Positions 1 through 10,176 of a stretch of DNA of 64,000 bases are shown here, piece after piece (the stretch's first letter is position 1; each line of letters begins with the position of its first letter). The translations under genes were made by a program, and so were the position numbers. Under the pieces are notes generated by a model. The model was not told the origin of the DNA. It ran no database searches and saw only the letters and a program-made list of their open reading frames with translations. This stretch comes from an uncultured virus (IMG/VR IMGVR_UViG_647533234_000003) (Duplodnaviria; Heunggongvirae; Uroviricota; Caudoviricetes): IMG/VR virus record IMGVR_UViG_647533234_000003; one strand, 5' to 3'.

Positions 1-138
1 TCAGGCCCGCGGCTTGTGGGTCCGGCGGCAGCGCTGCATCAGCACTCGGGCGTCCACAGCGGCCGAGGGGTCCCCTACCGCCTCGGCGCGTCGCTCCCTT
101 TCGCGCAGCTCCGCGCAGCGGTGGCACTCCTCGCTCAT
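1..138 (-). CDS. small hypothetical protein (CxxC, 45 aa)
   Basis: ATG at 138 preceded by GGAGGA RBS; MSEECHRCAEL... Confidence 0.55.
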   Translation of the reverse strand: MSEECHRCAELRERERRAEAVGDPSAAVDARVLMQRCRRTHKPRA

Positions 139-230
139 GGGTCCTCCTTCACCTGCCGTGCACGATGGCGCCGCCGAGCGCGAGGGCCACGAGGGCCAGG
201 GCGGCGAGGTAGACGATCTGGCGGGCGCGG

Positions 231-650
231 TCACTCACGGACGGTCGCCCAGACCGTCTTGCCGCCCCAGGACCGAGGCTCCGTGCCCCAGTCCGCCGCG
301 ATCTCGTCGACGCGGCGCAGCCCGGAGGAGGCGGCGGGCGCGAGGACCGGCAGCGTTCGGGCGTGGTCGGTGACCTCGACCCGGACGGCCCGTCTCTCGA
401 CCCGCCGTACCGCCGCGCAGATCGACCCGCGAGTCCCGAACGCGACCGCGTTGCTGGCGAGTTCCCGCATGACCAGCGCGACGCGGTCGGCGACGGGGTC
501 CAGGCTCCAGACGCGCACGGCGTGCCGGGCGAACGCCTCGGCGCGGTCGACGGACTCGTCCGAGCGCTCCAGCGTCTCGATGTACCCGGGCGGGCCCGTC
601 GATGTCGGCGTGGAGAGGTACGTTCGGCCCCCTCGACTAGTGCTCGCCAT
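231..650 (-). CDS. ATP-binding protein, HATPase_c/anti-sigma factor-like
   Basis: Motifs ELASNAV, VRVEVTD, GLRRVDEIAADWG, GKTVWA. Confidence 0.8.
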   Translation of the reverse strand: MASTSRGGRTYLSTPTSTGPPGYIETLERSDESVDRAEAFARHAVRVWSLDPVADRVALVMRELASNAVAFGTRGSICAAVRRVERRAVRVEVTDHARTLPVLAPAASSGLRRVDEIAADWGTEPRSWGGKTVWATVRE

Positions 651-1149
651 CGCACACCTCCGTCGCTCCCCGGCGCCGCCCGAGAGCCAGCAACGAACTG
701 ATGCGCCCGGGGGCGCAGACGCGCTCGGGACCGTTGAGGACGATCCAGTGCACGGGAGGCCCCGGGGGGCTCTGGCACCAGGTCGGGGACGCCAGTGTCC
801 GTGCGGGGTGCGGGATGCGCACCAGCTCGTGCGCGGGAGCGCATGTGGCGTCCTCGTCGTCCCAGGTCTGGCGGGCCGACGTGGCCACCAGGGCGTTGTA
901 GGAGGCCGCTTCCTCGTCCCGGTAGATCGCGCCTCCGGCGAGGACCTCGTGGAGGCGCCGCCGCTCGACGGCCCGGCTCGGGCTGCCTACGGCCGCGCGT
1001 ACCACGGCAGCGGGCAAGCTGATGACGGCGTACGCCTCGCCGACCGGAAGCCGCGCGCTTCCCCAGTAGCCCATTTCGAGCCGTGCAGCGCGAGGAGAGC
1101 GCGCGGGCTCCGTCAACCAACTCAGCGTGCTCTCGTGGCAGTCAGTCAT
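637..1149 (-). CDS. hypothetical protein of the type found divergent from Streptomyces XRE regulators
   Basis: ORF overlapping the ATP-binding gene; divergent from XRE gene. Confidence 0.55.
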   Translation of the reverse strand: MTDCHESTLSWLTEPARSPRAARLEMGYWGSARLPVGEAYAVISLPAAVVRAAVGSPSRAVERRRLHEVLAGGAIYRDEEAASYNALVATSARQTWDDEDATCAPAHELVRIPHPARTLASPTWCQSPPGPPVHWIVLNGPERVCAPGRISSLLALGRRRGATEVCDGEH

Positions 1150-1348
1150 GGGCATCCAGTCCAGTGAGGTCCGTGGATCGGGAGGACCCTCACGAAGCGC
1201 GGGGGCGTGCTCCGGCGGTCATGTCTAGGCAACTGCGGAGGGACGGGGTTCGCCTAGGGCAGCTCGTGACGTTTCCGGAGGCGCCACCTAGGAGGACTTG
1301 ACGCCCTCTTTACCTGACAACACGCGTCCGCAGCACTACGGTGCGCGC

Positions 1349-2620
1349 ATGGAGCCCCGGCGCAACGTCGTGTTGGAGGCGTGGATGGCGGAACACGGTC
1401 ACAGCTCCCGGAGCCTGGCCGAAGCCATCAACGCCGAGGTCGGGCGGCTGACGGGCCGTCACGGCGGGTACGACGACGCGAGCGTCCGCGCGCTGAAGGC
1501 GGGCCGCATCAGGTGGCCGAACGCGGTGACGCGAAAGGCTCTCGAAGCCCTCAGCGGGCGCAGCTCCCTCGCCTTAGGGTTCGTGCCGAGGAGCAGAACC
1601 CCGCTCCCGGGAGGTCCGCAGGAGGACGTAGACATGAAGCGCCGCACCATCGCACTTGGTGGAGTTGCGGCGGCTGTAGCCGCAGCCGCTCCTTCGTCCG
1701 CTTCCCGCCGCATCGGTATGAGCGACGTGCGCCGCATCCAGGGCAAGTTTTCCGAGATCATCGCGAGTGATCACCAGTACGGCGGCAAGCTCTTCATCCA
1801 GCAGCGAGCGGCCGAACTCGCAGACGAGGCCCTGGCCTTGCAGAATGCCGGGAGCGCCACTCAACGGGTGCGGTCGAACCTCTATGCCGCCGCAGCGGCT
1901 TTTCGCTCCAGCGCCATGTGGGCGGCCATCGACGGCCGGCGGTACTCCGAGGCGCAGGCGCACATGCGCGAGGCCCAGGCGCTCGCCGAGATGTCCGGCG
2001 ACCAGGCGATCAAATTCCGGATCTGGTCGCACGGCGGCGCCATGTACCGACACCTCGGCCGGCACGGCGACGCCCTCGCGGCCAACCAGGTCGCCCGCAG
2101 CCTCCACATCGTGCGCCGCGATCCGCTCTTCGCCTCCCTCGGCCTGGCCCGTCAAGCGGCGATCCACGGCCTCGCCCAGGAGCGGACGAACGTCCGCCGC
2201 GCCTTGGACCAGGCCCGCGAGGCACTGCTCCGAGCAGACACGGGCGCCGACCGCCCGGTCTGGCTGACAGCCTTCTTCGACCAGGCCGAGCTCGACTCGC
2301 TCGCGCTCAACGCCTATCTCTCGCTCGGAGACTTCCCCTCCGCCGAAAAGCACGGGCATCGCTGCCTCGCACAACTGCGCCCTTCCATGGCACGGTCACG
2401 AGCCATCACGACGACCAGGCTCGCGCATTCCCAGCTCGGGCAAGGCGAACCGGACGCCGCCGTCGCCACGGCCATGAAAGTTTCCCTGTCCGCCGCTACC
2501 GAACACCCCCGCGTCAGCCGCATGATCATGGAGTTCGGCGCCGCCCTGCGCGCGACAGCGCCCAGAAGCTCCGCCGCTCGCACATGGACCGACTACACGG
2601 CCACCTGGAGGACCGCATGA
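1349..2620 (+). CDS. XRE-family HTH regulator with C-terminal TPR-like helical domain (NsdA-like)
   Basis: N-terminal HTH (SRSLAEAINA...IRWP), internal MKRRT segment, Ala-rich helical C-terminus; in-frame TTA at 1574. Confidence 0.75.
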   Translation: MEPRRNVVLEAWMAEHGHSSRSLAEAINAEVGRLTGRHGGYDDASVRALKAGRIRWPNAVTRKALEALSGRSSLALGFVPRSRTPLPGGPQEDVDMKRRTIALGGVAAAVAAAAPSSASRRIGMSDVRRIQGKFSEIIASDHQYGGKLFIQQRAAELADEALALQNAGSATQRVRSNLYAAAAAFRSSAMWAAIDGRRYSEAQAHMREAQALAEMSGDQAIKFRIWSHGGAMYRHLGRHGDALAANQVARSLHIVRRDPLFASLGLARQAAIHGLAQERTNVRRALDQAREALLRADTGADRPVWLTAFFDQAELDSLALNAYLSLGDFPSAEKHGHRCLAQLRPSMARSRAITTTRLAHSQLGQGEPDAAVATAMKVSLSAATEHPRVSRMIMEFGAALRATAPRSSAARTWTDYTATWRTA

Positions 2621-3177
2621 CCACGCCCGAGCTGCGGACGTTCACGGATCTCGACGCCGCACGCAACGACCTGATCGAGGTGTACGCCGATGTCCGCGCG
2701 CCGCTCCTACACCTGCCGAACTACACGGTGACGACCTTCGGCGAGCGCGTCGACAGGCACGCCTCCGAGCCCGGATTCGCCGTCGTCCTCGCCTACGCCG
2801 ACGGCGTTCCGGTGGGCTACGCGTACGCGAACTCGATTGCAGACGGTGACCGGTACTGGCAGCGCACCACACCCGCACCTGAACGCCTGTACACCGCGCG
2901 GCCAGCGCTCGCTCTGAAGGAGATCGGTGTCCGCGCGAGCTGGCGCGGCACGGGCACCGCGCGGAAGATTCACGACGAACTTCTGCACGGCCGACCGGAG
3001 ACGTACGCCACGCTGATGGTCAACAAGATCGCCGGCGAGGGGAAGGTGCACGCGGTCTACCGCGGATGGGGCTACGAGGACATCGGTACGAGCCAGCCCT
3101 CCCCGGCGTCTCCCCTGCTCACCGTGATGGTCCGTCCGCTCAACCAGGTAGCAACCCGCCTCCCAGTCGAGCAGTAG
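2617..3177 (+). CDS. GNAT family N-acetyltransferase
   Basis: ATGA overlap with regulator; VRASWRGTGTARKI acetyl-CoA motif; YRGWGY. Confidence 0.85.
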   Translation: MTTPELRTFTDLDAARNDLIEVYADVRAPLLHLPNYTVTTFGERVDRHASEPGFAVVLAYADGVPVGYAYANSIADGDRYWQRTTPAPERLYTARPALALKEIGVRASWRGTGTARKIHDELLHGRPETYATLMVNKIAGEGKVHAVYRGWGYEDIGTSQPSPASPLLTVMVRPLNQVATRLPVEQ

Positions 3178-3194
3178 CGCTCGGCCGTCCCTAC

Positions 3195-4049
3195 TCACCG
3201 TGGACGGGTAACGGTGTAAACCCCGTGCCGGGTCGTGCCCGCGAGCAGCTCGACGGTGAGCTCTGCGGTCGTGGCCCGGTAGGGCTCACCGTCTGGCGTC
3301 CGGTCGCTCTCGCCGTCATGTCCGGACAGCACCTGACCGAGCTGGGCGGACAGTGCGGACGGGAGTCGCTGCGTCCGGACTGTCCGCCCGTCGGGGAGCC
3401 GGACGATCAGGTGATGTGGTCGGGCTGCTGGTCCGGTGTGTCCGGTCACCTGTCCGTCGACGGTGTCCGCGAGGCGGAGTTTCTGCCAGATCCGGCCGGG
3501 CCGGTAGGTGCTGGAGAGGCGCTTGGCGACGATCCCTTCGATGCCCTGCGCGGCGAGCGCGCTCATCCAGCTCTCGGCGAAGCCCGGGTCGGTCGTCGAG
3601 GGCACGGGCTGGAGCGGCGGGCCGAGCGGGCCGAGGACGGCCAGGAGGAGGGCGCGGCGCTCGGTGTACGGGAGGGCGCGGACGTCCTGGCCGTCGTGCA
3701 TCAGGATGTCCCAGGCCGCGTAGGAGGCCGGGTGCCGGTGGACGAGGTCTTGAAGGCGCCGGCCGCGCGAGGAGGCTCGGGCCCGTACGGCGCCGAAGTC
3801 GAGTACGCCGCCGAGATAGATGACCAGCTCACCATCCAGGACGGTCCCTCGCGGCAAGTCCATGGCGGGGGTGGTGATGTCAGGCCACGCGGCGGTGATG
3901 TTCCTGCCCGTACGGGACTGGAGACGGACGGTGTCGAGCCGCCACAGGATGCACCGGTCGCCGTCGAATTTCGGCTCGTACGCCCAGCCCGCGCCTGTGG
4001 GGAGGGTGGGTGTGGCGCGGGCGAGGGCGACGGCGGCGGGGTAGTCCAC
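3195..4049 (-). CDS. ATP-dependent DNA ligase (LigC/LigD ligase-domain type)
   Basis: YEPKFDGDR adenylation motif, LDGEL, GIEGIVAKR, WQK; GTG start inferred. Confidence 0.9.
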   Translation of the reverse strand: MDYPAAVALARATPTLPTGAGWAYEPKFDGDRCILWRLDTVRLQSRTGRNITAAWPDITTPAMDLPRGTVLDGELVIYLGGVLDFGAVRARASSRGRRLQDLVHRHPASYAAWDILMHDGQDVRALPYTERRALLLAVLGPLGPPLQPVPSTTDPGFAESWMSALAAQGIEGIVAKRLSSTYRPGRIWQKLRLADTVDGQVTGHTGPAARPHHLIVRLPDGRTVRTQRLPSALSAQLGQVLSGHDGESDRTPDGEPYRATTAELTVELLAGTTRHGVYTVTRPR

Positions 4050-4278
4050 AGGGTGAGGCTGGCGTGTCGAAAGCCACGGCGCCAGCGGAGGCAGGCAGAC
4101 GGGGGGCTCCGGGGAGAAACGTCTGTGGCCGCCCCCCTCGGGGCGGCCACAGGGTCTGCGCAACGATGTGCGCGGGGCACTGCTTGCTGAAAACGACGAT
4201 ACCGGAAAGGTCTGACAGGGGGGGGCGGGGCGGCCTCGGGAGTCGGCGAGGGGGCTGGGAAGCTCAGCAGGCTGCCGA

Positions 4279-5103
4279 TCACCCCGGCGGGTTCCCGCTC
4301 GGGGTCTCCGCTCCCGCCGTCGGGGGCGTGGCGGGGCCGGTGATCATGGCTTGTACAAGCGTGGTGATGATCTCCGCACGCTTGTCTGCGGGGAGGCCGG
4401 AGTCCGCGATGAGGCGCTCTGCGGCGAGGTACCGGGAGAACTCCAGCGGCTGGTCGAAGTACGAGCGGAGGTGACCGGCGGACACCTCCTGCGAGCGGAC
4501 GAAGGTCCGGGACACGTACCCGGCGAGCGCGGCCGAGGCGACGCCGAGGGTGCCTGCGACGACTGCCGCAGCGGTGGTGTCCGTGCGGAGGCCGATGACG
4601 ACAAACACGACCAAGAGGACGGCACCGACGGCCATGGAGACCTGGGCGGAGATGAAGCTTCGGCGGGCCTGGCCCTGGGCGATCCCGTGGTAAAGGGCGA
4701 GGCGCTCGTGTGTCACGTTCCAGAGGGAGGCCAGCGCCAGTGTGGACTGGCTCACTTCCTGGGAGTCGGCAGCGGTGCCGTTCTCCCGCCCGGCGACGCT
4801 CTCGCCCCACTGCGCGCCGAGCTCGTTCGGGGCAGTCCTGCGCCGGGGAGCGCGGAGGACTGCCACGAGGGCGGCTTCGGCTTGTTGCAGTCGCTCCCGT
4901 GAGGCCAGGATTCGCCTGTCGTACGCCCCGCGCACTTTGACGGCTATCCAGACGAGGCAGAACGCGAGCCCTGGGAGTGCGAGGATCTCATAGGGGGAGC
5001 CGCCCAGGTATGCGTCCACTAACGCGTAGAGCGTCCCCGATGCCAAAGCGAGGACGATCCCGCTAATCCGCCAAGTCCATTGCTGTATCTGCTGGTTCTG
5101 CAT
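4279..5103 (-). CDS. multi-pass membrane protein (moron); C-terminus resembles TRADD-N-associated 2-TM domains
   Basis: About 4 hydrophobic segments; YHGIAQGQARRSF...TM-TM; lower-GC 5' end. Confidence 0.6.
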   Translation of the reverse strand: MQNQQIQQWTWRISGIVLALASGTLYALVDAYLGGSPYEILALPGLAFCLVWIAVKVRGAYDRRILASRERLQQAEAALVAVLRAPRRRTAPNELGAQWGESVAGRENGTAADSQEVSQSTLALASLWNVTHERLALYHGIAQGQARRSFISAQVSMAVGAVLLVVFVVIGLRTDTTAAAVVAGTLGVASAALAGYVSRTFVRSQEVSAGHLRSYFDQPLEFSRYLAAERLIADSGLPADKRAEIITTLVQAMITGPATPPTAGAETPSGNPPG

Positions 5104-5157
5104 TCTGCTCCCTCTTAGTGGCATGGAGGATGTCAGCCGGGGCGGTGTCAGTCCAAA

Positions 5158-6501
5158 TCAGAATCGAGGGAAGAGAGCCCGTTCGACGAGGCCGTCGCCG
5201 TAGAAGGCGCGGGCGTCGTCGACGCCGGCGAGGTCGATGCGGGCGCGTACGAGGTCGAGGTCGCGGATCGCGTCCTGGCGGATCATGGCGAGGTCGAGGT
5301 CGGTGGGCTCGACATCGGCTTCAAGGCCGTCATCTTGGGGCGCGGGGGCAGCGGGACGGCTCGCTTCGACCCAAGCGCGCCATTCCGGGTTGTCCATCGG
5401 GTGCGGGGCGGCGGCGCGGGCGGCCTCTTCGCGGCGGGCTTCTTCGGCCGCGGCAGCGTTCCGGGCGGCTTCCTCGGCGTCGCGGCGGATGCGGGCGGCG
5501 ATGAGCGCGGGAACGTTCGTGGGGCGCCACCCGGGCTTCCAGCCGTACGCCCAGTCGTCGAGGCGCAGGACGATGCGCTGGACGTCGAGGCCCTGGTCGA
5601 TGAGGGGGCGGAGCGCGAAGGCGAGCTTCCGAAGGGGCGTGCCCTGGATCCAGTTGACGAGGGGGCGTACCTGGCGGGCGGTCTGGATGTCGCGGGCTAC
5701 CTGGAGGGGGGAGCGGCGGGCGCCTGCCGGGCGGCCCTTGGTGCTGCTGGTGGTGTTCTTCGTGCGGGAGGGAATCTGCGGTCGCTCCGCGTGCGGAGTG
5801 TCTTTCTTCTCACCGTCTACCTGCACAGGTCCGTGGGGGGAACGGCTAAGAGAATGGGGCGCACGCGCCTGCGAAGCCGAGTTATCCACAGGGGAGTTGT
5901 CCACAGGCCGGGTGGTGAAGCGGCGGGCGCGGCCGGAGCGAGGCGCGCGGGCGGAGGCGTCGCGGCGGGCCTCCTCGATGGCGTCCGTACGGCCCTCGGG
6001 CGTGTAGCCGGTGACGCGCGCGCGGAAGCCTTCGCCGTCGAGTTGGTGGCCCATCGCGGTGTCGTAGACCGAGGGGATGGTGGCGGCGTAGATCGTGGCC
6101 GTTCCCGCGTACGGACGTCCGGGCAGATGGAGGTTGCGCTTCGTACCGTGGCGGACCCACGCGAGCGCGCCGAGCTGGCGGAGCACGGCGACGTGCCGCT
6201 TTACGGTGGAGCGGTCAAGGTCGAGGCGGGCGGCGGTGCCGTCGAGGTCGTAGAGGACCAGGCCCTCGACGAAGTCCATCCGGGCGGCGAGGTCTTCGGC
6301 GACGCGCAGGGTTGTGGTGTTCGCGCGGGGGTGGAGGCCGACGGCGACGAGCCAGCGTACGGCGCGCTTCCACGCGCGGGGCTGGGCGTGCCGGGAGTCG
6401 GTCGCGGTCACCTCGTGGAGGTGAAGCGGGACCGGGGCCCATGCCGTTTCGGGGCATGGCGGAATGGCGCGGCGGCGGGCCGCGCCTGACGTGGGGCGCA
6501 A
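5158..6501 (-). CDS. putative replication initiator (HTH Rep-like); start uncertain
   Basis: HTH-like TAARLDLDRSTVKRHVAVLRQLG; two internal DnaA boxes; follows antirepressor. Confidence 0.55.
   Translation of the reverse strand: MRPTSGAARRRAIPPCPETAWAPVPLHLHEVTATDSRHAQPRAWKRAVRWLVAVGLHPRANTTTLRVAEDLAARMDFVEGLVLYDLDGTAARLDLDRSTVKRHVAVLRQLGALAWVRHGTKRNLHLPGRPYAGTATIYAATIPSVYDTAMGHQLDGEGFRARVTGYTPEGRTDAIEEARRDASARAPRSGRARRFTTRPVDNSPVDNSASQARAPHSLSRSPHGPVQVDGEKKDTPHAERPQIPSRTKNTTSSTKGRPAGARRSPLQVARDIQTARQVRPLVNWIQGTPLRKLAFALRPLIDQGLDVQRIVLRLDDWAYGWKPGWRPTNVPALIAARIRRDAEEAARNAAAAEEARREEAARAAAPHPMDNPEWRAWVEASRPAAPAPQDDGLEADVEPTDLDLAMIRQDAIRDLDLVRARIDLAGVDDARAFYGDGLVERALFPRF
5882..5905 (+). promoter_or_regulatory. 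two tandem DnaA boxes inside the Rep-like gene (candidate origin)
   Basis: TTATCCACA at 5882-5890 and TTGTCCACA at 5897-5905. Confidence 0.6.
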
Positions 6502-6587
6502 GAGGAAGTCCCTGACGAGAGGGGGAGATGGTGGGGTGCGCGGGCCCGGCCGGGAGACGGCACGGCGGGCCCGCTACGGGGCGAGAG

Positions 6588-7454
6588 TCAGGTCAGCTCG
6601 GCGGGCCCGGACGGCACGCGGGGGGTGAGGCCGTCGCGGTGCAGCGCGGCGACGAGCTGGTGCTCGGCGTCGCCGGGGATCACGCGGGCCTGGTAGCGGC
6701 GCACGCCGTTCGGGTCGAGGCGGGACGCGAGGTAGAAGAACCGCTTGCCCTTGGCCGTGGGGTGGCCGTGCTCGTGCCCGTCGCGCCACTCCTGCCGGGT
6801 CTCGCTCCACCGGGTACCGCGCTGGTCGATCAGGTAGCCGTGCCGGTAGAGGTGCTCGAAGAAGTCCCGCGCCCGGACCGTCGGGAAGTACGCCTTGTGG
6901 AACTGGGTGAGCGTTGGGCCCGGGTTCTCCTCGTACCGGTCCGCGATCTCCGCGCGCGGGGCCAGCTCGGCGACGCGCGCCTCGGCCGCCTCGCGGGCCT
7001 CGACCTCATCGGCCCAGCCGCGCAGCGCTTGCGCGAACGTCGGCATCACGGGGGCCGGCGCCCTCGTGGCGGCGATTTCGGCCTCGCGGGTCTTCACCGC
7101 GAAGTACGTCTGCGCGGCGGCGATCTGGTCCTTGCGGGGGTCGCCGTTCATGGCCACGAGGTAGGCGGCGTAGCGGGAGAGGTGCCAGTCGATGACCGCG
7201 CGGGTGGCTCCGCTGCCGAGCGAGACCTTCTTCGCGGCGCCGCGAAAATGGTCCTTGGGCTCGTGGCCGCTGTTCTCGCACGCGGCGATGGCGCGCTCGA
7301 CGGCGGTCTCGAAGCGCTCCCAGCGCTCGTAGCCGAGGAGCTCCTGAAGGTCGCGGGCGGACCAGAAGTCGGCACCGTCCGCACGCGTGTTCCGCGTTGC
7401 GTCGAAGGGTGACCTGCTGGGCACTGTGGGCGACGGTGGCGTAGTGTGCTGCAC
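6588..7454 (-). CDS. phage antirepressor (BRO-N/DinD-like N-terminus, KilA-C-like C-terminus)
   Basis: FWSARDLQELLGY, DWHLSRYAAYLVAMNGDPRK, AQTYFAVKTREAE, PTFAQALRGWAD. Confidence 0.85.
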   Translation of the reverse strand: MQHTTPPSPTVPSRSPFDATRNTRADGADFWSARDLQELLGYERWERFETAVERAIAACENSGHEPKDHFRGAAKKVSLGSGATRAVIDWHLSRYAAYLVAMNGDPRKDQIAAAQTYFAVKTREAEIAATRAPAPVMPTFAQALRGWADEVEAREAAEARVAELAPRAEIADRYEENPGPTLTQFHKAYFPTVRARDFFEHLYRHGYLIDQRGTRWSETRQEWRDGHEHGHPTAKGKRFFYLASRLDPNGVRRYQARVIPGDAEHQLVAALHRDGLTPRVPSGPAELT

Positions 7455-7586
7455 CTGATCTCTCTTCTGCGTAGTGGACAGATCACTTACTCGCGGCGGC
7501 AATCCGTGAGTCTGGCCGGGCGGTTTCCGCCCGGCCTTATTCGTCCTCGCGCTGGCGCGGACGACGTGATTGACACTAGCGCAGGA

Positions 7587-7601
7587 GTGGACATTGTCCA
7601 C
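7587..7601. promoter_or_regulatory. palindromic operator GTGGACA-T-TGTCCAC
   Basis: Perfect inverted repeat upstream of antirepressor; same core recurs at 7990-8014. Confidence 0.65.
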
Positions 7602-7640
7602 ACTTCAAGTCCGTGTTGAGATCGCGTTCATCCCTTCGAG

Positions 7641-7679
7641 GGAAGCCCTCGCCTCGCTGAGTCCGAGGCGAGGGCTTCC
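7641..7679. terminator. stem-loop, likely terminator
   Basis: GGAAGCCCTCGCCTCG...CGAGGCGAGGGCTTCC, 16-bp stem just downstream of the HTH gene. Confidence 0.6.
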
Positions 7680-7684
7680 GGGCG

Positions 7685-7972
7685 CTACTTCTCCTGCTGG
7701 TCGTCGCCCGACCCTGTCGGGGGATGCAGGTCGTTGCGACGGCCCTGCGTGATGCCGGCCTCGCGCTCCGCCCAGTACTGGTCGAACCAGGTGACGTCGT
7801 ACATCGGCCTGGTGCTCCCGGGCTTGAAGGTGGGGGCGGGCCAGTCTTCGTCTGGATTCGTGGCCAGGCGATGGATCAGGGTCCGGGCGCGCCCCACTCG
7901 CGCGGCGAGCTGCGGAATCGTCATCGTCTTCGGTTGTCCTTCCTTCTTTGGCCCCTTCGCGGGGTCGGGCAT
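7685..7972 (-). CDS. small HTH DNA-binding protein (AlpA/excisionase-like)
   Basis: MTIPQLAARVGRARTLIHRLA...WPAP...GRRNDL. Confidence 0.7.
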   Translation of the reverse strand: MPDPAKGPKKEGQPKTMTIPQLAARVGRARTLIHRLATNPDEDWPAPTFKPGSTRPMYDVTWFDQYWAEREAGITQGRRNDLHPPTGSGDDQQEK

Positions 7973-7989
7973 GGCGACATCCTCTCAAT

Positions 7990-8014
7990 GATGTGTGGAC
8001 AATGTCCACACATC
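7990..8014. promoter_or_regulatory. 25-bp perfect palindrome, likely operator between divergent genes
   Basis: GATGTGTGGACA-A-TGTCCACACATC. Confidence 0.7.
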
Positions 8015-8105
8015 GCGGTAGCGTCGTTCTTGCATAAAGCGGTCCCGGCCGGGCTTGCACCCCGGCCGGGACCGGTCACTCGCCTGCGTACACAGGAGAC
8101 CGACC

Positions 8106-8245
8106 ATGGCGAATCCTGCCATCCCCGTTACCGCCCCGCCGACCCCCGGGTCCGGCCGGCGCACGATCGCGTACGGGCAGATCCTCCGTACGACGCACGG
8201 CCGTACGGTCACCGTCCTCGTGACCGAGAACGGCGCCACCGGCCA
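8106..8245 (+). CDS. hypothetical protein, truncated by assembly gap
   Basis: AGGAG RBS and ATG at 8106; runs into Ns. Confidence 0.45.
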
Positions 8246-8765
8246 NNNNNNNNNNNNNNNNNNNNNNNNNNNNNNNNNNNNNNNNNNNNNNNNNNNNNNN
8301 NNNNNNNNNNNNNNNNNNNNNNNNNNNNNNNNNNNNNNNNNNNNNNNNNNNNNNNNNNNNNNNNNNNNNNNNNNNNNNNNNNNNNNNNNNNNNNNNNNNN
8401 NNNNNNNNNNNNNNNNNNNNNNNNNNNNNNNNNNNNNNNNNNNNNNNNNNNNNNNNNNNNNNNNNNNNNNNNNNNNNNNNNNNNNNNNNNNNNNNNNNNN
8501 NNNNNNNNNNNNNNNNNNNNNNNNNNNNNNNNNNNNNNNNNNNNNNNNNNNNNNNNNNNNNNNNNNNNNNNNNNNNNNNNNNNNNNNNNNNNNNNNNNNN
8601 NNNNNNNNNNNNNNNNNNNNNNNNNNNNNNNNNNNNNNNNNNNNNNNNNNNNNNNNNNNNNNNNNNNNNNNNNNNNNNNNNNNNNNNNNNNNNNNNNNNN
8701 NNNNNNNNNNNNNNNNNNNNNNNNNNNNNNNNNNNNNNNNNNNNNNNNNNNNNNNNNNNNNNNNN
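8246..8765. other. assembly gap (N)
   Basis: Run of N. Confidence 1.
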
Positions 8766-8953
8766 TGACGACTCCCCAGCTCCCGGCGAGGACCCCCGTC
8801 GCCTCCAGCCCACCGCTGGAGACGGCAAAGGACCGGACCCCAGGCCCCCGACACCAAGGCCCCCATGCGCGCCGTCTACCTCCTGGCCATGCTCTGGCCG
8901 CTGATCCTCATCGCCATCCTCATCCTCCGCTGACCTGCCGAAAGGGCACCGTC

Positions 8954-9790
8954 ATGACCACGCCCGGACCTCCGGACACCACGTCCGGACGCCTGCCCGG
9001 CGTCCGGTACCGCACCGAGACCCGCTCGCGGTGGGTCGAGGAGACCATCGCCGGGGAAACCCGCCTCGTCCCCGAGGACTACGACGTTCTCGTCCCCGTC
9101 GCACCCCGCGACTGGGACCGCACCATCCTCCGCGCCGTCACCACCGCGACCATCCTGACCACCGTCGCCTCCATCGCCTGGACCACCGCCAGCATCGGCG
9201 GACTCCTCACCACCCAGGTACACCCGGTCATCGCCTACGGAGCCGCCGCCGCCGGTTTCGACCTCCTGTGGCTGTGCTGCCAGGGCTTCGAGTGGCTCAA
9301 CCGCTACAACCCCCGCCGCGGCCTCGCCTTCGCCGGAACCTGGATCGGCCTCGCCCTGGCCGTCTCAGCCGTCATCACCCACGGCTGCCGCACCCACGAA
9401 GTCGCCGCCGGCATCGTCGGCGCCGGCGTCTCCCTCGGGGCCAAGCTCCTGTGGCTCGTGCTCCTGGAGCAGTACCGCGTCCCGCTCTCCCAGCGCGCGC
9501 AGGGCTGGCTCCTCGCCCGCCGCCAGGACCTCGCCGTGCAGAAGGCGCTCGCCGCCGAGACACGCCGCATCCGCGCCGAAGAGGCATACCTCCGGCAGGT
9601 CTACGGCACCGACGCAGCCGCCCCGCCCCCCGTGGACACGAAGACCGCCAGCACGGTGCCCGTCGCTGCGCCGGTCGCTGCGCCCGTGCTCACGCCCGTG
9701 CGGGCCGCCGCGCCCACCCCGACCCCCGCGCCGGAGGCGGTGACCCCGGAGCAGCACGCCCCCGCGCCCGCGCACACGCCGGCCGGCAAG
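8954..9790 (+). CDS. membrane protein (4 TM plus Pro/Ala-rich tail), resembling plasmid spread/transfer proteins; 3' end lost in poor sequence
   Basis: MTTPGPP...PRDWDR...SIAWTTASIGGLL; hydrophobic segments. Confidence 0.55.
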
Positions 9791-10176
<386 letters not shown>

